This document shows positions 1-9,559 of a stretch of DNA of 64,000 bases, one piece after another. Source of the DNA: a virus; IMG/VR virus record IMGVR_UViG_3300023184_000083, positions 13,725-77,724 of that record. One strand, given 5' to 3'. A model generated the notes under the pieces. It did not search any database, was not told where the DNA came from, and worked only from the letters and a program-made list of their open reading frames with translations. The number at the start of each line of letters is the position of its first letter. Positions within the stretch are counted from its first letter, which is position 1. A program made the position numbers and the translations under genes.

Positions 1-90
1 GGTGGTTCCACCGGTGGTGGCGGTGGTCCGAGCGGTGGAGGAGATTCCAGCGATGGTTCAAGCAATAGAAGACGCCGGGGGGCAAAGTGA
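1..90 (+). CDS. 3' end of upstream gene, Gly/Ser-rich tail (partial)
   Basis: Frame 1 open from window start (GGSTGGGGGPSGGGDSS...RRRRGAK*); stop overlaps GTG of next gene. Confidence 0.6.
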   Translation, partial: GGSTGGGGGPSGGGDSSDGSSNRRRRGAK

Positions 91-272
91 TTTTAAGACT
101 AGTAAAGAAGTTGTTGAAAGAAGCGCATAATCTTGCGTGGACTCTTGCCGGTACGGCGCTTGTTCTGATTACTCTTTCTGGAGACGTAAAGAAGATTGGT
201 ATCTGGATTAGTGGCGTCACATTAACCATCCATCTATTAGGTATTCTGCTTACTCCCAATAACGAAGAATGA
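87..272 (+). CDS. small 2-TM membrane protein (holin-like / lysis accessory)
   Basis: Two hydrophobic helices; immediately upstream of endolysin. Confidence 0.55.
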   Translation: MILRLVKKLLKEAHNLAWTLAGTALVLITLSGDVKKIGIWISGVTLTIHLLGILLTPNNEE

Positions 273-306
273 TAAAATTGACTATTCGCTTTTAAAAGGA
301 ATTGTC

Positions 307-837
307 ATGGCCAGAAAATATTCTTATTACCCCAGTTTTGACGGAAAAGGTGCAAAGCCTGGAACTGAAAAACTCGCAGAACTCTGCAACAAGAGATGGA
401 AAGCCTCTAATATGGGGATTTACCAGGCCAGATTGATGCGAAACTCTCACACCGAAGGTAAGAAGATTGGCGACCCTGGTATGGAAAAGTGGATGTCCGT
501 TCATGCCACCGGTGCTGCTGTTGACCTTGGATACGAAGACCGCAAAGTTGGAGTTGAAATGTGGGATTGGTTATTGGCACACACAGCCGAACTCGGTATT
601 GAAGAAATTCACGATTACTCATTTGACAAAGATGCCAAAGACGGCAAGCCTGGCTATGGAAGAGGCTTCCGCTGTTCAAGAGGTGAAAATTCTGCAGGGG
701 TAAAATTGTTTACTGTTGATGACAATGCTGGAAGTTTTGGCGGCAAGTGGTTGCATGTAGAACTTTCTCCAGAGATGGCAAAAGATGCTGCAAAGTTTGA
801 AGCAGCATGGCGTGCACTTCCTAAGCCTGGTGCATAG
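307..837 (+). CDS. endolysin, M15-type Zn peptidase fold
   Basis: SVHATGAAVD (SxHxxGxAxD) plus WLHVE Zn-ligand motifs; AAGGA RBS; flanked by small membrane genes. Confidence 0.75.
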   Translation: MARKYSYYPSFDGKGAKPGTEKLAELCNKRWKASNMGIYQARLMRNSHTEGKKIGDPGMEKWMSVHATGAAVDLGYEDRKVGVEMWDWLLAHTAELGIEEIHDYSFDKDAKDGKPGYGRGFRCSRGENSAGVKLFTVDDNAGSFGGKWLHVELSPEMAKDAAKFEAAWRALPKPGA

Positions 838-840
838 TTC

Positions 841-1068
841 GTGGAAGCAATTACAGTTGCCATCATCACTATGGTTGGTGCAGTCATTGTTGCTCTTGTT
901 GAAAAAGGGCGACGCGAGAACAAAGCAGACCACGGCGTTGTTTCAGGCAAATTAGACCTTATTGGAAAGAGCCTTGGCCGCTCTATTGACCGCGTTGAAG
1001 AAACAGTTATTCGTAATGAAGTAAAACTTGACCAACACATTCGTGACCACGTAAAGGGAGATGCCTGA
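841..1068 (+). CDS. N-terminal TM + coiled-coil lysis-cassette protein
   Basis: One TM, heptad-rich tail ending HIRDH; usual position next to actinophage endolysins. Confidence 0.6.
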   Translation: MEAITVAIITMVGAVIVALVEKGRRENKADHGVVSGKLDLIGKSLGRSIDRVEETVIRNEVKLDQHIRDHVKGDA

Positions 1069-1274
1069 TGGCCGGCAAAAAACCAGCAAAACCAATGGCA
1101 GGACAAACTAAGCAAGCAATCCTTGACCCTTCTGTTTATGGAACTCAAATTAGATATTACGGAACCAAGGGCGCATCGGCAAAATGCCCTTCATGCGGTA
1201 AAGAAACAATCAAAGGGATGGTTCGTATCAAGAACGACCTTTTCTACTGTTCTTTGGTTTGCGTTAGTAAATAA
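1068..1274 (+). CDS. small Zn-finger protein
   Basis: CPSC...YCSLVC; translationally coupled. Confidence 0.55.
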   Translation: MAGKKPAKPMAGQTKQAILDPSVYGTQIRYYGTKGASAKCPSCGKETIKGMVRIKNDLFYCSLVCVSK

Positions 1275-1297
1275 ATAAATCATGCTGGGGGGCATTC

Positions 1298-1528
1298 ATG
1301 AAAACATTGTTACTTAGAATTCTTGCAGTTTTTGCTGCGTCTGGATTAAGCGTTATTGGTGCTGGAGCAATCGCCGGCGTTGAGTTATGGAAAGCATGTA
1401 TGATGGCAGGGATAGCCGGAGTAGCAACAGTTATTGAAGGACTTTCTAGGGCTTTTCTTGATGATGGAAAATTATCCCTGCAAGAAATCAATGAAGTTTT
1501 CAACAAGGTTGACAAGAAGGCTGGCTGA
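1298..1528 (+). CDS. holin-like membrane protein
   Basis: Two TM segments, charged C-terminus, lysis context. Confidence 0.6.
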   Translation: MKTLLLRILAVFAASGLSVIGAGAIAGVELWKACMMAGIAGVATVIEGLSRAFLDDGKLSLQEINEVFNKVDKKAG

Positions 1529-1636
1529 AAAATAGTAAAATATACATAGCGGGAATTGCATTTTCCCTGTATAGAGATAAGCCACTAAATCTAAATCTAT
1601 CCAATAATCAGATTGGGATTGAGATAGTGTGAATCC

Positions 1637-1969
1637 ATGAGCCTCACAAATGAAATGGTCTGGCACAACGACGGCCACGTAATCCATTTAAAAATCAACA
1701 AATCTGAACTAGAAGTAGTTGAAGTTTTTTGTCCGAATGAAGATGTCGGCGAATGCAAAAATGAATGGTACGGCTGTGTCGTTAAGTGGTTTATTGACAG
1801 TTTTGGCATGGAGTGCAACGTTGGCTCATGCCCTGCTTTACCAGAAATGGAAATTTGTTGGACAATGTCTGGAGATGGGCGCGAGATAGAAACTGGTCAA
1901 CTGTGGTTTATGCCTCTTGCTGACGAAGTTTTTAATGCTTGGTTTATAAGCAGGGTGAAACCTGAATAA
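1637..1969 (+). CDS. hypothetical protein
   Basis: 110-aa ORF, convergent with next gene. Confidence 0.6.
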   Translation: MSLTNEMVWHNDGHVIHLKINKSELEVVEVFCPNEDVGECKNEWYGCVVKWFIDSFGMECNVGSCPALPEMEICWTMSGDGREIETGQLWFMPLADEVFNAWFISRVKPE

Positions 1970-2281
1970 TTAATCTTGGGCAAGGACTGAGCGTCTAGAC
2001 GCAAAGTCATAAATCTGCTGTAGTCCTACTGGAGTGACTATCCAAGATGTTTCGGTAACTTTTTTAATAGAGCCGTTTTTTAACAAAACCTCTATTGCCC
2101 TATTAACGTCACGACTATTACTTATCTTTGATGTGAACCCTAAAACGTTTTCCACCGTAAAAGGTGCTTTTTTTATCTTTGCGTAAGCCAGGACTACATA
2201 CGAACTTCCACCATATTTAAAGGTAGGAGCCTTCATTACTGGCTTCATCTTGGCTTTGGCTATGTGTCTACTAGGCATCAT
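1970..2281 (-). CDS. winged-helix-like protein
   Basis: RDVNRAIEVLLKNGSIKK..W.VT..G wHTH-like pattern. Confidence 0.5.
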   Translation of the reverse strand: MMPSRHIAKAKMKPVMKAPTFKYGGSSYVVLAYAKIKKAPFTVENVLGFTSKISNSRDVNRAIEVLLKNGSIKKVTETSWIVTPVGLQQIYDFASRRSVLAQD

Positions 2282-2291
2282 TAGAGTCTAT

Positions 2292-2729
2292 CTAAAATGG
2301 CTCATCTTCCTCGGTGACCACCGGCACGTTAAGCCTGTTTACCGCACTGATAACACTCTGAAGACGACGTATATCAGGGTGGTTTTTTATTTTTGAAGCA
2401 TTGAAGGCGTAGACGTTTTTGCGTTCGTATTTTGTCTTTGTAATTAACCCTTGTTCTATAAGGGTTTTAATCGTTCGCTCAATCATATTTTCACTTAAAT
2501 CTAAATAGACAGCAAGTGCGCGATGGGTAATTGTTGGGTCTTCCATCAAGGTGTAAAGAACCCTTCCTGGAGTAGAGAACAAATCAACCTCGCCGGCCGT
2601 TGAATAATGAAGGAGTCTTTGAGTATCTAGAAGCCTCATAACTTCTTCAACTAAATTCTTATTTCCTTTGACACCCTCAAGCCCGCTCAACGCTAGATGT
2701 ACTTCTGCTGATTTACTTTCATTCTTCAC
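2292..2729 (-). CDS. MarR/ArsR-type winged-helix regulator
   Basis: PTITHRALAVYLDLSENMIERTIKTLIEQGLI; GTG start 2729 with GGAGG RBS. Confidence 0.7.
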   Translation of the reverse strand: MKNESKSAEVHLALSGLEGVKGNKNLVEEVMRLLDTQRLLHYSTAGEVDLFSTPGRVLYTLMEDPTITHRALAVYLDLSENMIERTIKTLIEQGLITKTKYERKNVYAFNASKIKNHPDIRRLQSVISAVNRLNVPVVTEEDEPF

Positions 2730-2824
2730 AGGTTCCTCCGATAGACACAGACGAAAGACTAGCATTCTTGCATGCTGTGGAAATTGCATGTAAGTTATCC
2801 ACAACCACTAGGGAGGAAAGCCTA

Positions 2825-3091
2825 ATGCTCAAAGAAAAACTACTTGAACTAAACAAGCCATCCGCAGGAAAGAAGTGCACTGTGTGTACCTATTATGAAG
2901 CAATGGATACCGAGACAAAGGCCGCTTTTGCAAGCATTATGACTGGTACAACAATATCAAATCGCCGCATTGCTGTCCTGTTAACCTCAGAAGGATTGCG
3001 CGTTAGTGAAAACACTATTAACCGTGTACGCAAGACCTGCTTTGCTGATGGACTTATTGCTGGATGTTTAACTGGAGAAAATAATGTCTGA
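2825..3091 (+). CDS. Zn-binding HTH protein
   Basis: CTVC plus ISNRRIAVLL..G..VSENTINR; GGGAGGA RBS. Confidence 0.55.
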   Translation: MLKEKLLELNKPSAGKKCTVCTYYEAMDTETKAAFASIMTGTTISNRRIAVLLTSEGLRVSENTINRVRKTCFADGLIAGCLTGENNV

Positions 3092-4262
3092 TAAAAAAAC
3101 ACTTGTTGAAAAACTTACTGAAGTTTCGTCTGCTGAAGCAAAAGGCGAAATAAAGAAGAAAATGCTTGGAACTCTAGCGGACATGCTAGAGCGAAAAAAT
3201 ATTGACATTACGGAGATTGGTGACATCAAGCGTATCTCTCTCTATCAGTCAATGATTAAAGACGACCAAGGCGAGGCTCAGATTCATGACCTTGCGGCTA
3301 TCCAGTTCTCTCCTAGTTGGGAGTCTGGTCCAGAATGGCCAGTAGTGCAACAAGGGCCTTCCGTACAACTACCAAAGTTAACGACAAAAGCATCCGAGCC
3401 AAAACAGTTCAAAACGTGCGTCGTAGTGCCTGATATACAGATAGGTTTCTACCGAAATCAAGACGGAACACTAGAACCAACCCACGATGAAAAGGCTATT
3501 TCTATCTGTTTAGCGATGATTAAGCAGTTAAAACCAGATGTTGTGGCTTGTGTTGGGGATAACTTAGACCTTCCGGAGATGGGAAAGTACCTCACTTACC
3601 CAGCATACGCTCAAACTACTCAGGCATCTATTGACAGAGCCACTGTATTTTGTGCAGAAATGCGTGCTGCTGCCCCTAATGCCAAGATTGTTTGGCTTGC
3701 CGGAAACCATGAAGAGCGCATGCCTAAGTATCTTTTGACCAACGCCGGCGCTGCCTATGGGTTGCGTAAAGGAAACACCCCAGAATCCTGGCCGGTGCTA
3801 TCAGTGCCATATCTTTGCCGAATGGACGAGTATGGCGTTGAATACAAGCCTGGATACCCTGCGGCAGACCTTTGGATTAATAATAAACTCAAGATTATTC
3901 ACGGTGACCGCGTTAAGTCTTCTGGCTCAACCGCACATGTATATCTCAACAATGAAAAGGCTTCGGTAATCTATGGACACATTCACCGCATTGAGACGGC
4001 GTTTAAAACACGTGAAGACTACGATGGTGCTCGGACAATCATGGCTGCATCTCCTGGGTGTCTTGCTCGTATTGATGGCGCTATACCTAGTACAAGAGGT
4101 GGGGTAGACCTAGACGGTCGCCCTTTGACTCGTATTGAAAACTGGCAGCAAGGTGTTGGCGTAGTTACTTACGAAGACGACGGAGACCACAAGTTCTCCT
4201 ACGAAGTCGCCACCATCTATAACGGTTGGGCAATGTTCCGTGGCAAGGAATACGTAGCATAG
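3084..4262 (+). CDS. calcineurin-like metallophosphoesterase
   Basis: PDIQ, GDNLD, GNHE, HGD, GHIHR motifs. Confidence 0.85.
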   Translation: MSDKKTLVEKLTEVSSAEAKGEIKKKMLGTLADMLERKNIDITEIGDIKRISLYQSMIKDDQGEAQIHDLAAIQFSPSWESGPEWPVVQQGPSVQLPKLTTKASEPKQFKTCVVVPDIQIGFYRNQDGTLEPTHDEKAISICLAMIKQLKPDVVACVGDNLDLPEMGKYLTYPAYAQTTQASIDRATVFCAEMRAAAPNAKIVWLAGNHEERMPKYLLTNAGAAYGLRKGNTPESWPVLSVPYLCRMDEYGVEYKPGYPAADLWINNKLKIIHGDRVKSSGSTAHVYLNNEKASVIYGHIHRIETAFKTREDYDGARTIMAASPGCLARIDGAIPSTRGGVDLDGRPLTRIENWQQGVGVVTYEDDGDHKFSYEVATIYNGWAMFRGKEYVA

Positions 4263-4891
4263 TGACAACACTGGTAGGAATACAGGGAGACGGGTACGCA
4301 GTTATCGGCTGCGATACTCAGATATCGTCTTTTGACGACTCTGGAAGTTCCTATCAGATTTCCACACTAGGAACAGGCTCAGCAAAGATTGCCATTAACA
4401 GCAAGTATTTGCTAGGTGCTGCTGGGGACATGAGGGCAATTAACATCCTTCATCACGTATTCCAGCCACCTATTCCTACTCCTGGTTTAAGAGGAAAGAA
4501 ACTAGATGCATTCATTACTGCTAAATTTATCCCGTCTTTAAGAGCGTGTTTTGATTCTCAGGGATACTCACCTCCAGACGGTAAGGATAAAGAACACTCA
4601 GCAGAGCAGGGCTCGTCAATTGTTGTAGTTATTAATGCTTCTATCTACCTAGTAGAGCATGACTACAGTTGGACTTCCGAGGCTAATTGCATGTACGCAA
4701 CTGGGTCTGGGTCTTCATACGCACTAGGGGCGATGCAAGCCCTTGCTTCTGGCAAGAAACTAACCATTCAACAGGCTAAGACCACATGCCTAAAGGCGTT
4801 GAGTATCGCCGGCAAGTTTGACGCCTATACCGGCGCACCGTTTCAGACGTTTACACAGGAAGTTCCTAAGAAGAAAACTACTCCTGAATGA
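4262..4891 (+). CDS. proteasome-beta/HslV-like Ntn threonine peptidase
   Basis: GTG start gives N-terminal TT(L)VGI; CDTQ, AKI, AAGD, ATGSG motifs. Confidence 0.75.
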   Translation: MTTLVGIQGDGYAVIGCDTQISSFDDSGSSYQISTLGTGSAKIAINSKYLLGAAGDMRAINILHHVFQPPIPTPGLRGKKLDAFITAKFIPSLRACFDSQGYSPPDGKDKEHSAEQGSSIVVVINASIYLVEHDYSWTSEANCMYATGSGSSYALGAMQALASGKKLTIQQAKTTCLKALSIAGKFDAYTGAPFQTFTQEVPKKKTTPE

Positions 4892-5018
4892 ACGACGCGC
4901 GCTTATATGTGAGCCATGTTCCCGAACAAGGTGTAAAGAACACCGTAGGGGAAGAGACAACTAACAAGGGACGGAGAGACTATCTGTTTGCTCCCTGTAA
5001 GGCTCAGGAAGGCTTCTT

Positions 5019-5354
5019 ATGACCGTTAATAACAATACCCAGAAAAAAGTTGCCCAACCAGAAGGATTACTGGATATACCCAAAAAGGACTGGTTTGACC
5101 ACGCAGCATGCAAAGGAAAGACCCTACTAATGTTCCCCAAAGAACATAAGGATATTACCTACATCGCACAGGCAAGAGCCATCTGCAAAGGATGCCCAGT
5201 AAGAGACCACTGTTTAGAGTACGCATTAGAGTTTCCACCTGCAGATATGCATGGAGTATGGGCAGGGCTTACATCAAGACAACTAGCCGCAGAGCAAAGA
5301 CGTAGGGGAGTTAAGCCAGTAAGGCCAACCCTTAGTCAACTGTGGAGTATCTAG
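5019..5354 (+). CDS. whiB: WhiB-family Fe-S transcription factor
   Basis: AACKG...ICKGCPVRDHC...GVWAG. Confidence 0.9.
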   Translation: MTVNNNTQKKVAQPEGLLDIPKKDWFDHAACKGKTLLMFPKEHKDITYIAQARAICKGCPVRDHCLEYALEFPPADMHGVWAGLTSRQLAAEQRRRGVKPVRPTLSQLWSI

Positions 5355-5692
5355 CCGATTCGGAATGAACAGGTGCGACAGAACTCGGCGTTATCAAAAG
5401 TCACTATCTTCATATCGCACTCTTCCTTGCCACAGGGCATCAGAATCTTTTCACCTAGAAGGTAACTACGCAGATACTCATCGGGTGTGGGTTTGGGATG
5501 AGGAGCAGGACCCGCTGGGAGACCCTTTGCTTGCTGGCAATAGTCAAAAATGGTCCAGTCTAAGAAAGCCGAGAGCGTCATTCCTTGAGACTCTGCTGCT
5601 TTTATTAAGAGATTCTTTTGGGCTCCGGTCACCTTTACGGTGATGACGTGAATAGCCTTTGGGGTTCTTGATTGTTTAGGTTTACGCCCCAT
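5351..5692 (-). CDS. ribbon-helix-helix protein with C-terminal Zn ribbon
   Basis: ITVKVT..QKNLLIKAAESQGMTLSAFL; PCG..C...FCRTC. Confidence 0.6.
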   Translation of the reverse strand: MGRKPKQSRTPKAIHVITVKVTGAQKNLLIKAAESQGMTLSAFLDWTIFDYCQQAKGLPAGPAPHPKPTPDEYLRSYLLGEKILMPCGKEECDMKIVTFDNAEFCRTCSFRIG

Positions 5693-5849
5693 CGCGTTCC
5701 ACCAGAAGAGTTATATATTCGGTAAGGGTCATACCGATGGCTTCGGACTGATTCATAAGGCGGATTTTGAAGGCTGCAGGGATACGCAGAGTCAAGGTGA
5801 CTACTGGTTTCGTAGGAAGAGAAGGCGGTCTACCTGTATTGTTCTTCAC
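5682..5849 (-). CDS. small ribbon-helix-helix protein (55 aa, below ORF-track cutoff)
   Basis: Hand-translated: MKNNTGRPPSLPTKPVVTLTLRIPAAFKIRLMNQSEAIGMTLTEYITLLVERDGA; overlaps both neighbours. Confidence 0.65.
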   Translation of the reverse strand: MKNNTGRPPSLPTKPVVTLTLRIPAAFKIRLMNQSEAIGMTLTEYITLLVERDGA

Positions 5850-6112
5850 TTGGTCTCCATTCGGTTACGGGCGAACTCGCCACACCAATAATCAGACTCT
5901 ACTACTTCTTCTTTAGGGAAGCGGTGACAGATACCAGAGTCAGTTCCAGGGATAGCGTCGTAGTAGACACACTCTGGGCAGTTACGGGAAGGCTTAGTCC
6001 AGTCAGTCCACGTGACCTCTATCCGAGCAGGATTGGAAGTCTTTACTGGGTAAGGAGAGATGCTTTTTGATACATCCTCTACTTGCGGTTCGTATTTGGT
6101 ATTTTCGGTCAT
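5846..6112 (-). CDS. small 4-Cys protein (HiPIP-like spacing)
   Basis: CPECVYY...GICHRF...WCGEF; ATG 6112 coupled to upstream stop. Confidence 0.55.
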   Translation of the reverse strand: MTENTKYEPQVEDVSKSISPYPVKTSNPARIEVTWTDWTKPSRNCPECVYYDAIPGTDSGICHRFPKEEVVESDYWCGEFARNRMETK

Positions 6113-6594
6113 TTTGCTTGCTCCTGTGCTTTCTTTTCTGGAATTTCGTAGAGTTGTCGTTGTAGGCCGGCGACTACGGATTCGTAAACTCGGATAAAGT
6201 TCTTCTGCGCTTCCCATCCGTCTATGTTCCACGCAGCGTCCCCAAGTAGATTAATCGTCTCTTGTACCCCAACTGGAATTGGGGCTTCGTTTGCTACTCC
6301 GGAATTAACCTTCTTCACGACCCCAACTAAAATTGCCCAAGCAACTTGGGGTAACGGTTGTTCCCCAACTTTATTCAGGGTATCCATATAGGTACGTCGG
6401 ATGTCTGCTGGCTTCGGCATGAACTTGTCAGTCGCTACGATTCGCAGGAATGCTTGCTTGGCGTCTCGGTACTCCACATCATGGAGGATGTCAAACCATG
6501 CGCGTAAGACAACCTTCTTATCTGTCTCGTAAAGAGTTTGGTTGTATGATGCAAATACTTGCATTACCAGTTCTTCTAGTTCAGGCTTGGTCAC
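6109..6594 (-). CDS. replicative helicase loader/inhibitor, SPP1 G39P-like
   Basis: MT..E...L...ASY...AW..IL.D..Y.....A........KFMPKPADIR pattern. Confidence 0.7.
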   Translation of the reverse strand: MTKPELEELVMQVFASYNQTLYETDKKVVLRAWFDILHDVEYRDAKQAFLRIVATDKFMPKPADIRRTYMDTLNKVGEQPLPQVAWAILVGVVKKVNSGVANEAPIPVGVQETINLLGDAAWNIDGWEAQKNFIRVYESVVAGLQRQLYEIPEKKAQEQAK

Positions 6595-6953
6595 CAGTCT
6601 GTTCCCTTCTCACGTTTGTCGTATAAGTCCAGAAAGCGCTCTATGTGTTCTGCATCCCTAAGGATGAGACTAACATCGTCGTACTTCTTGTTTGCGCGGT
6701 TGCGTCCCATGTGGAAGTCAGAGAAGGTACAGCCCTCTATGGCGTTTTGTACTCTCTCTAATCCATAGTCATGAATTGCGGCTCCTATACATTGCCGACG
6801 TTTATCATCAAGAATTGGCCGCGACTTCTCCAGCATGTTGGTCCAGAAGTTAAACGCGTTGATGATGTCTTCTTCCGCCACCGCTGCAGTCTTTGAGGCT
6901 TGAGACATTTTGTGAGCAGACTTACGTCTACCCCTCTTAGTAGGTTCTGTCAT
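6591..6953 (-). CDS. replication-initiator C-terminal-like protein
   Basis: F..W......LDDKRR..I......YG.E....AI.G.....F..G.N....Y....ILR; directly upstream of G39P-like gene. Confidence 0.5.
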   Translation of the reverse strand: MTEPTKRGRRKSAHKMSQASKTAAVAEEDIINAFNFWTNMLEKSRPILDDKRRQCIGAAIHDYGLERVQNAIEGCTFSDFHMGRNRANKKYDDVSLILRDAEHIERFLDLYDKREKGTDW

Positions 6954-7399
6954 AGTTTCACTATACCGTTCAATCGGTAATTAGAGCAATGTCTTAAAGA
7001 AATAACGTTACTAACAATTTAGTGTCACTAACCCCTTTGAAGGGGGTCCGGGGGAAACTTTACGAAATTCAATTTGAATTCCGCGCAGCACAAAAAGGAT
7101 TCCATTTTTCAGGAATGTTTTTTGTAGATGCTTGGCGCGCCATCTGTTGTGTCTCCGAAGTTACCATCAAAAGTCCCGAGACGCAAGTCAAGGAGAAAAA
7201 TATTTTTATTCCGTGTGGGGAACAGTACCCTGTGGATAACTACTTGTAGTGTAGTCTAGTCGGCAGCCGGGGCATTTCCTCCTTTCGTACCGGCTACGTT
7301 CCCGGGTGTGTAGCAGATGTAGAAGTAGGTGGCTCATCCGTCTCCGCCCGGGAACACTTTCGCATTCCTTTCCACCACCGTCGCTGCTTACGATAAATT

Positions 7400-7924
7400 T
7401 TACGCCGACGCCGGCGATTCAAAATCCTCCAGCGGTAGTAGGAACGTATCTGTTTCCCACAAAATTCCAACAGCCGCGTAACCGATGACGTCCATAAAGT
7501 TGTCAATCATGGATTCGTTCCAGGGGTTCTTGAGATTTGATGTCAAGTTCTCCAGGCGTGCAATCTTGTCGTGCATTCGGACGACGAGGCCGGTAGTCCC
7601 GAATCTCGCGATGTTCTCTGGACCATAGTCTGACTGCTTACGAATCAGTGTCTTGAGTAGCAGGTCGTCTTCCTGGAGGTAGTTTTCAAATTGGCAATCG
7701 GATTGCGTATGCCCCGCGTGCATCCCCAGGGCCCCCAGTTCAATCCAACATTTTTCACGATTTTCTTTAGACATGGCCGCCGGCCCTTGAGGCTGCATGA
7801 TTATGTCAATAAATTTATCTAAACATTCTCGCACGTCGTAGAGTTTTACTTCTTCAGCCATCTCTGCCGCGCGCCAATAAATCTTCTGCACCGCAAAGCG
7901 CGCTGCCTCGTTCCAAGTTTTCAT
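7400..7924 (-). CDS. DUF1599 / nucleotide-modification-associated domain 1 protein
   Basis: RKQSDYG...GLVVRMHDKIARLENL...ESMIDNFMDVIGYA. Confidence 0.75.
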   Translation of the reverse strand: MKTWNEAARFAVQKIYWRAAEMAEEVKLYDVRECLDKFIDIIMQPQGPAAMSKENREKCWIELGALGMHAGHTQSDCQFENYLQEDDLLLKTLIRKQSDYGPENIARFGTTGLVVRMHDKIARLENLTSNLKNPWNESMIDNFMDVIGYAAVGILWETDTFLLPLEDFESPASA

Positions 7925-8349
7925 AGCCATTTCTCCCAGTTAATCTTCGGTAGAGGGTTGCCCTCCAACATTTCCACAACAGTTTCCAGCATCCTGCCTA
8001 GAATCTTTTGCCAGATGTAATCTCTGTAGTCTTTTTCGTAGTTGTTTTCTAATTTTTCCATGATGGCTGTTACCAGAGAATCTGGGAACGCTGCGATTAT
8101 TTGTCCTTTTTCAGTTCCTGGGAAAAGGTTGGGGCAAACCGTCATGTCCAACGCGCTGTCTTTATAATGCATTCCCTGGATGACGACATCTGGTCCGGCA
8201 CCTACGAAGAGTAAGGAACCCATTTCGTCAGGAGTTATTTCTCTGATGGCCTTAGACGTGGCAGGGTATTTTTTTGAGAATTCGCGCAGCGCCTCAAGGG
8301 CCTGTTCCGCTGTTTCATATTCAGAAATTTCGTAGGGTTCGTCTGTCAT
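7921..8349 (-). CDS. hypothetical protein
   Basis: 142 aa; TTGACA-N18-TACGGT upstream. Confidence 0.6.
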   Translation of the reverse strand: MTDEPYEISEYETAEQALEALREFSKKYPATSKAIREITPDEMGSLLFVGAGPDVVIQGMHYKDSALDMTVCPNLFPGTEKGQIIAAFPDSLVTAIMEKLENNYEKDYRDYIWQKILGRMLETVVEMLEGNPLPKINWEKWL

Positions 8350-8470
8350 GATTGCTTTCCGCCACCGTAGCGGCTTGGGGAGTGTTTTGTCAAGTGCTGA
8401 AGAAAAAGATTTTTTAAAAAATCCTATTTCCTTCGCGCTCGTTGTATTTTGTTGTAATAAAGTTCACTCC

Positions 8471-8842
8471 ATGGATAACACTACACGTTTTGAACTTTAT
8501 ATCCGAGCCTTGGAACAATTCGCCGGACGTGAGGGTCATACCAGAGTCCCGGCCGTTCACGTTGAGAACGTTGACGGCACTGATGTGCATGTCGGGGCTT
8601 GGGTGGGTTACACTAGACAGCGTCGCAAGAAGGGATTCCTTCCCGCGGAACGAATCCAAAAACTTGAAAATTTGCGTGAATGGACGTGGGGCCCTCTGAA
8701 GCCAGGGCCGGCGACCAATAATAATAGAAATTCTGAGATTCTTGGGATGCGCAGCCAGGGGATGACGCTTCGTCAAATTGCAGATTCGTTTGACTTGAGC
8801 CGTCAGCGCATTCACCAGATTGTGAAGAAAACTAATGCCTGA
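8471..8842 (+). CDS. helicase-associated (HA) domain + sigma70-region-4-like HTH
   Basis: ALEQFAGREGHTRVP...VGAWV...R...L..ERIQKLE...W.W then GMTLRQIADSFDLSRQRIHQIV. Confidence 0.75.
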   Translation: MDNTTRFELYIRALEQFAGREGHTRVPAVHVENVDGTDVHVGAWVGYTRQRRKKGFLPAERIQKLENLREWTWGPLKPGPATNNNRNSEILGMRSQGMTLRQIADSFDLSRQRIHQIVKKTNA

Positions 8843-9092
8843 CTGGGGACCTCCCGATTGGGATGAAGACTTCGGCGATGTGGATGATTTAGATTTTACT
8901 GCTGTACGCACGGGTTTGTATTTCTTTTTAATTGGAACGTTCTTCCAGGCGGCCGGCGCTTTTGCAATTTTTAAAATTTTGCATAATGCAGATGTTATAT
9001 CTGGTGCTCCGGGATGGCGGGCTTGCTACGTAGCGGTCTTGTCACTGAATATTTTGCGACTTTTTGACCGTGTCTTCTGGCGTCGTCGCTGA
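8835..9092 (+). CDS. membrane protein
   Basis: Acidic N-terminus, two TM segments. Confidence 0.55.
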   Translation: MPDWGPPDWDEDFGDVDDLDFTAVRTGLYFFLIGTFFQAAGAFAIFKILHNADVISGAPGWRACYVAVLSLNILRLFDRVFWRRR

Positions 9093-9094
9093 GA

Positions 9095-9301
9095 TTAATT
9101 AACTCTATTGCGGACAGGCCACTGGTCTACCGGTTCACACGCTGTGCCGGCGAAGTTAATCATTGCTTCTTCAACACCGCACGCTGAGCAAATCTCAGTT
9201 TTATTATCGGAACGCGATATCGCTCCAGGGTATTCCGCTGGCTGTTCATTATTTGGAATCCACGAGTCAGCGCAACGTGGACAAATGTGAGGGACGTTCA
9301 T
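9095..9301 (-). CDS. Zn-finger protein
   Basis: CPRC...PGAISR.DN.TEICSACG; AAGGAG RBS. Confidence 0.65.
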   Translation of the reverse strand: MNVPHICPRCADSWIPNNEQPAEYPGAISRSDNKTEICSACGVEEAMINFAGTACEPVDQWPVRNRVN

Positions 9302-9559
9302 AAGTCTTCTCCTTTAGTAAGTGGTTTAAGTTTATCGCCGGCAATTAGTTTTGCCAACCTCTTCCGCCACCGTCGCACGTTGTAAACACTTACCACGTAG
9401 CGCAGCGGCGCTGTTGTTTTTTTCATTTTTTTTGATGACCCCTGGAGGTCTGGGGGAGAAAAGCCAGTGCCCCTTGGCCGTGAGCCGAAAGAACTCACAA
9501 CCAAAGGGCTGGCTACACACATGCTGGGGGGCAGTTCACGTGTGCGAACGTTTTTCACT

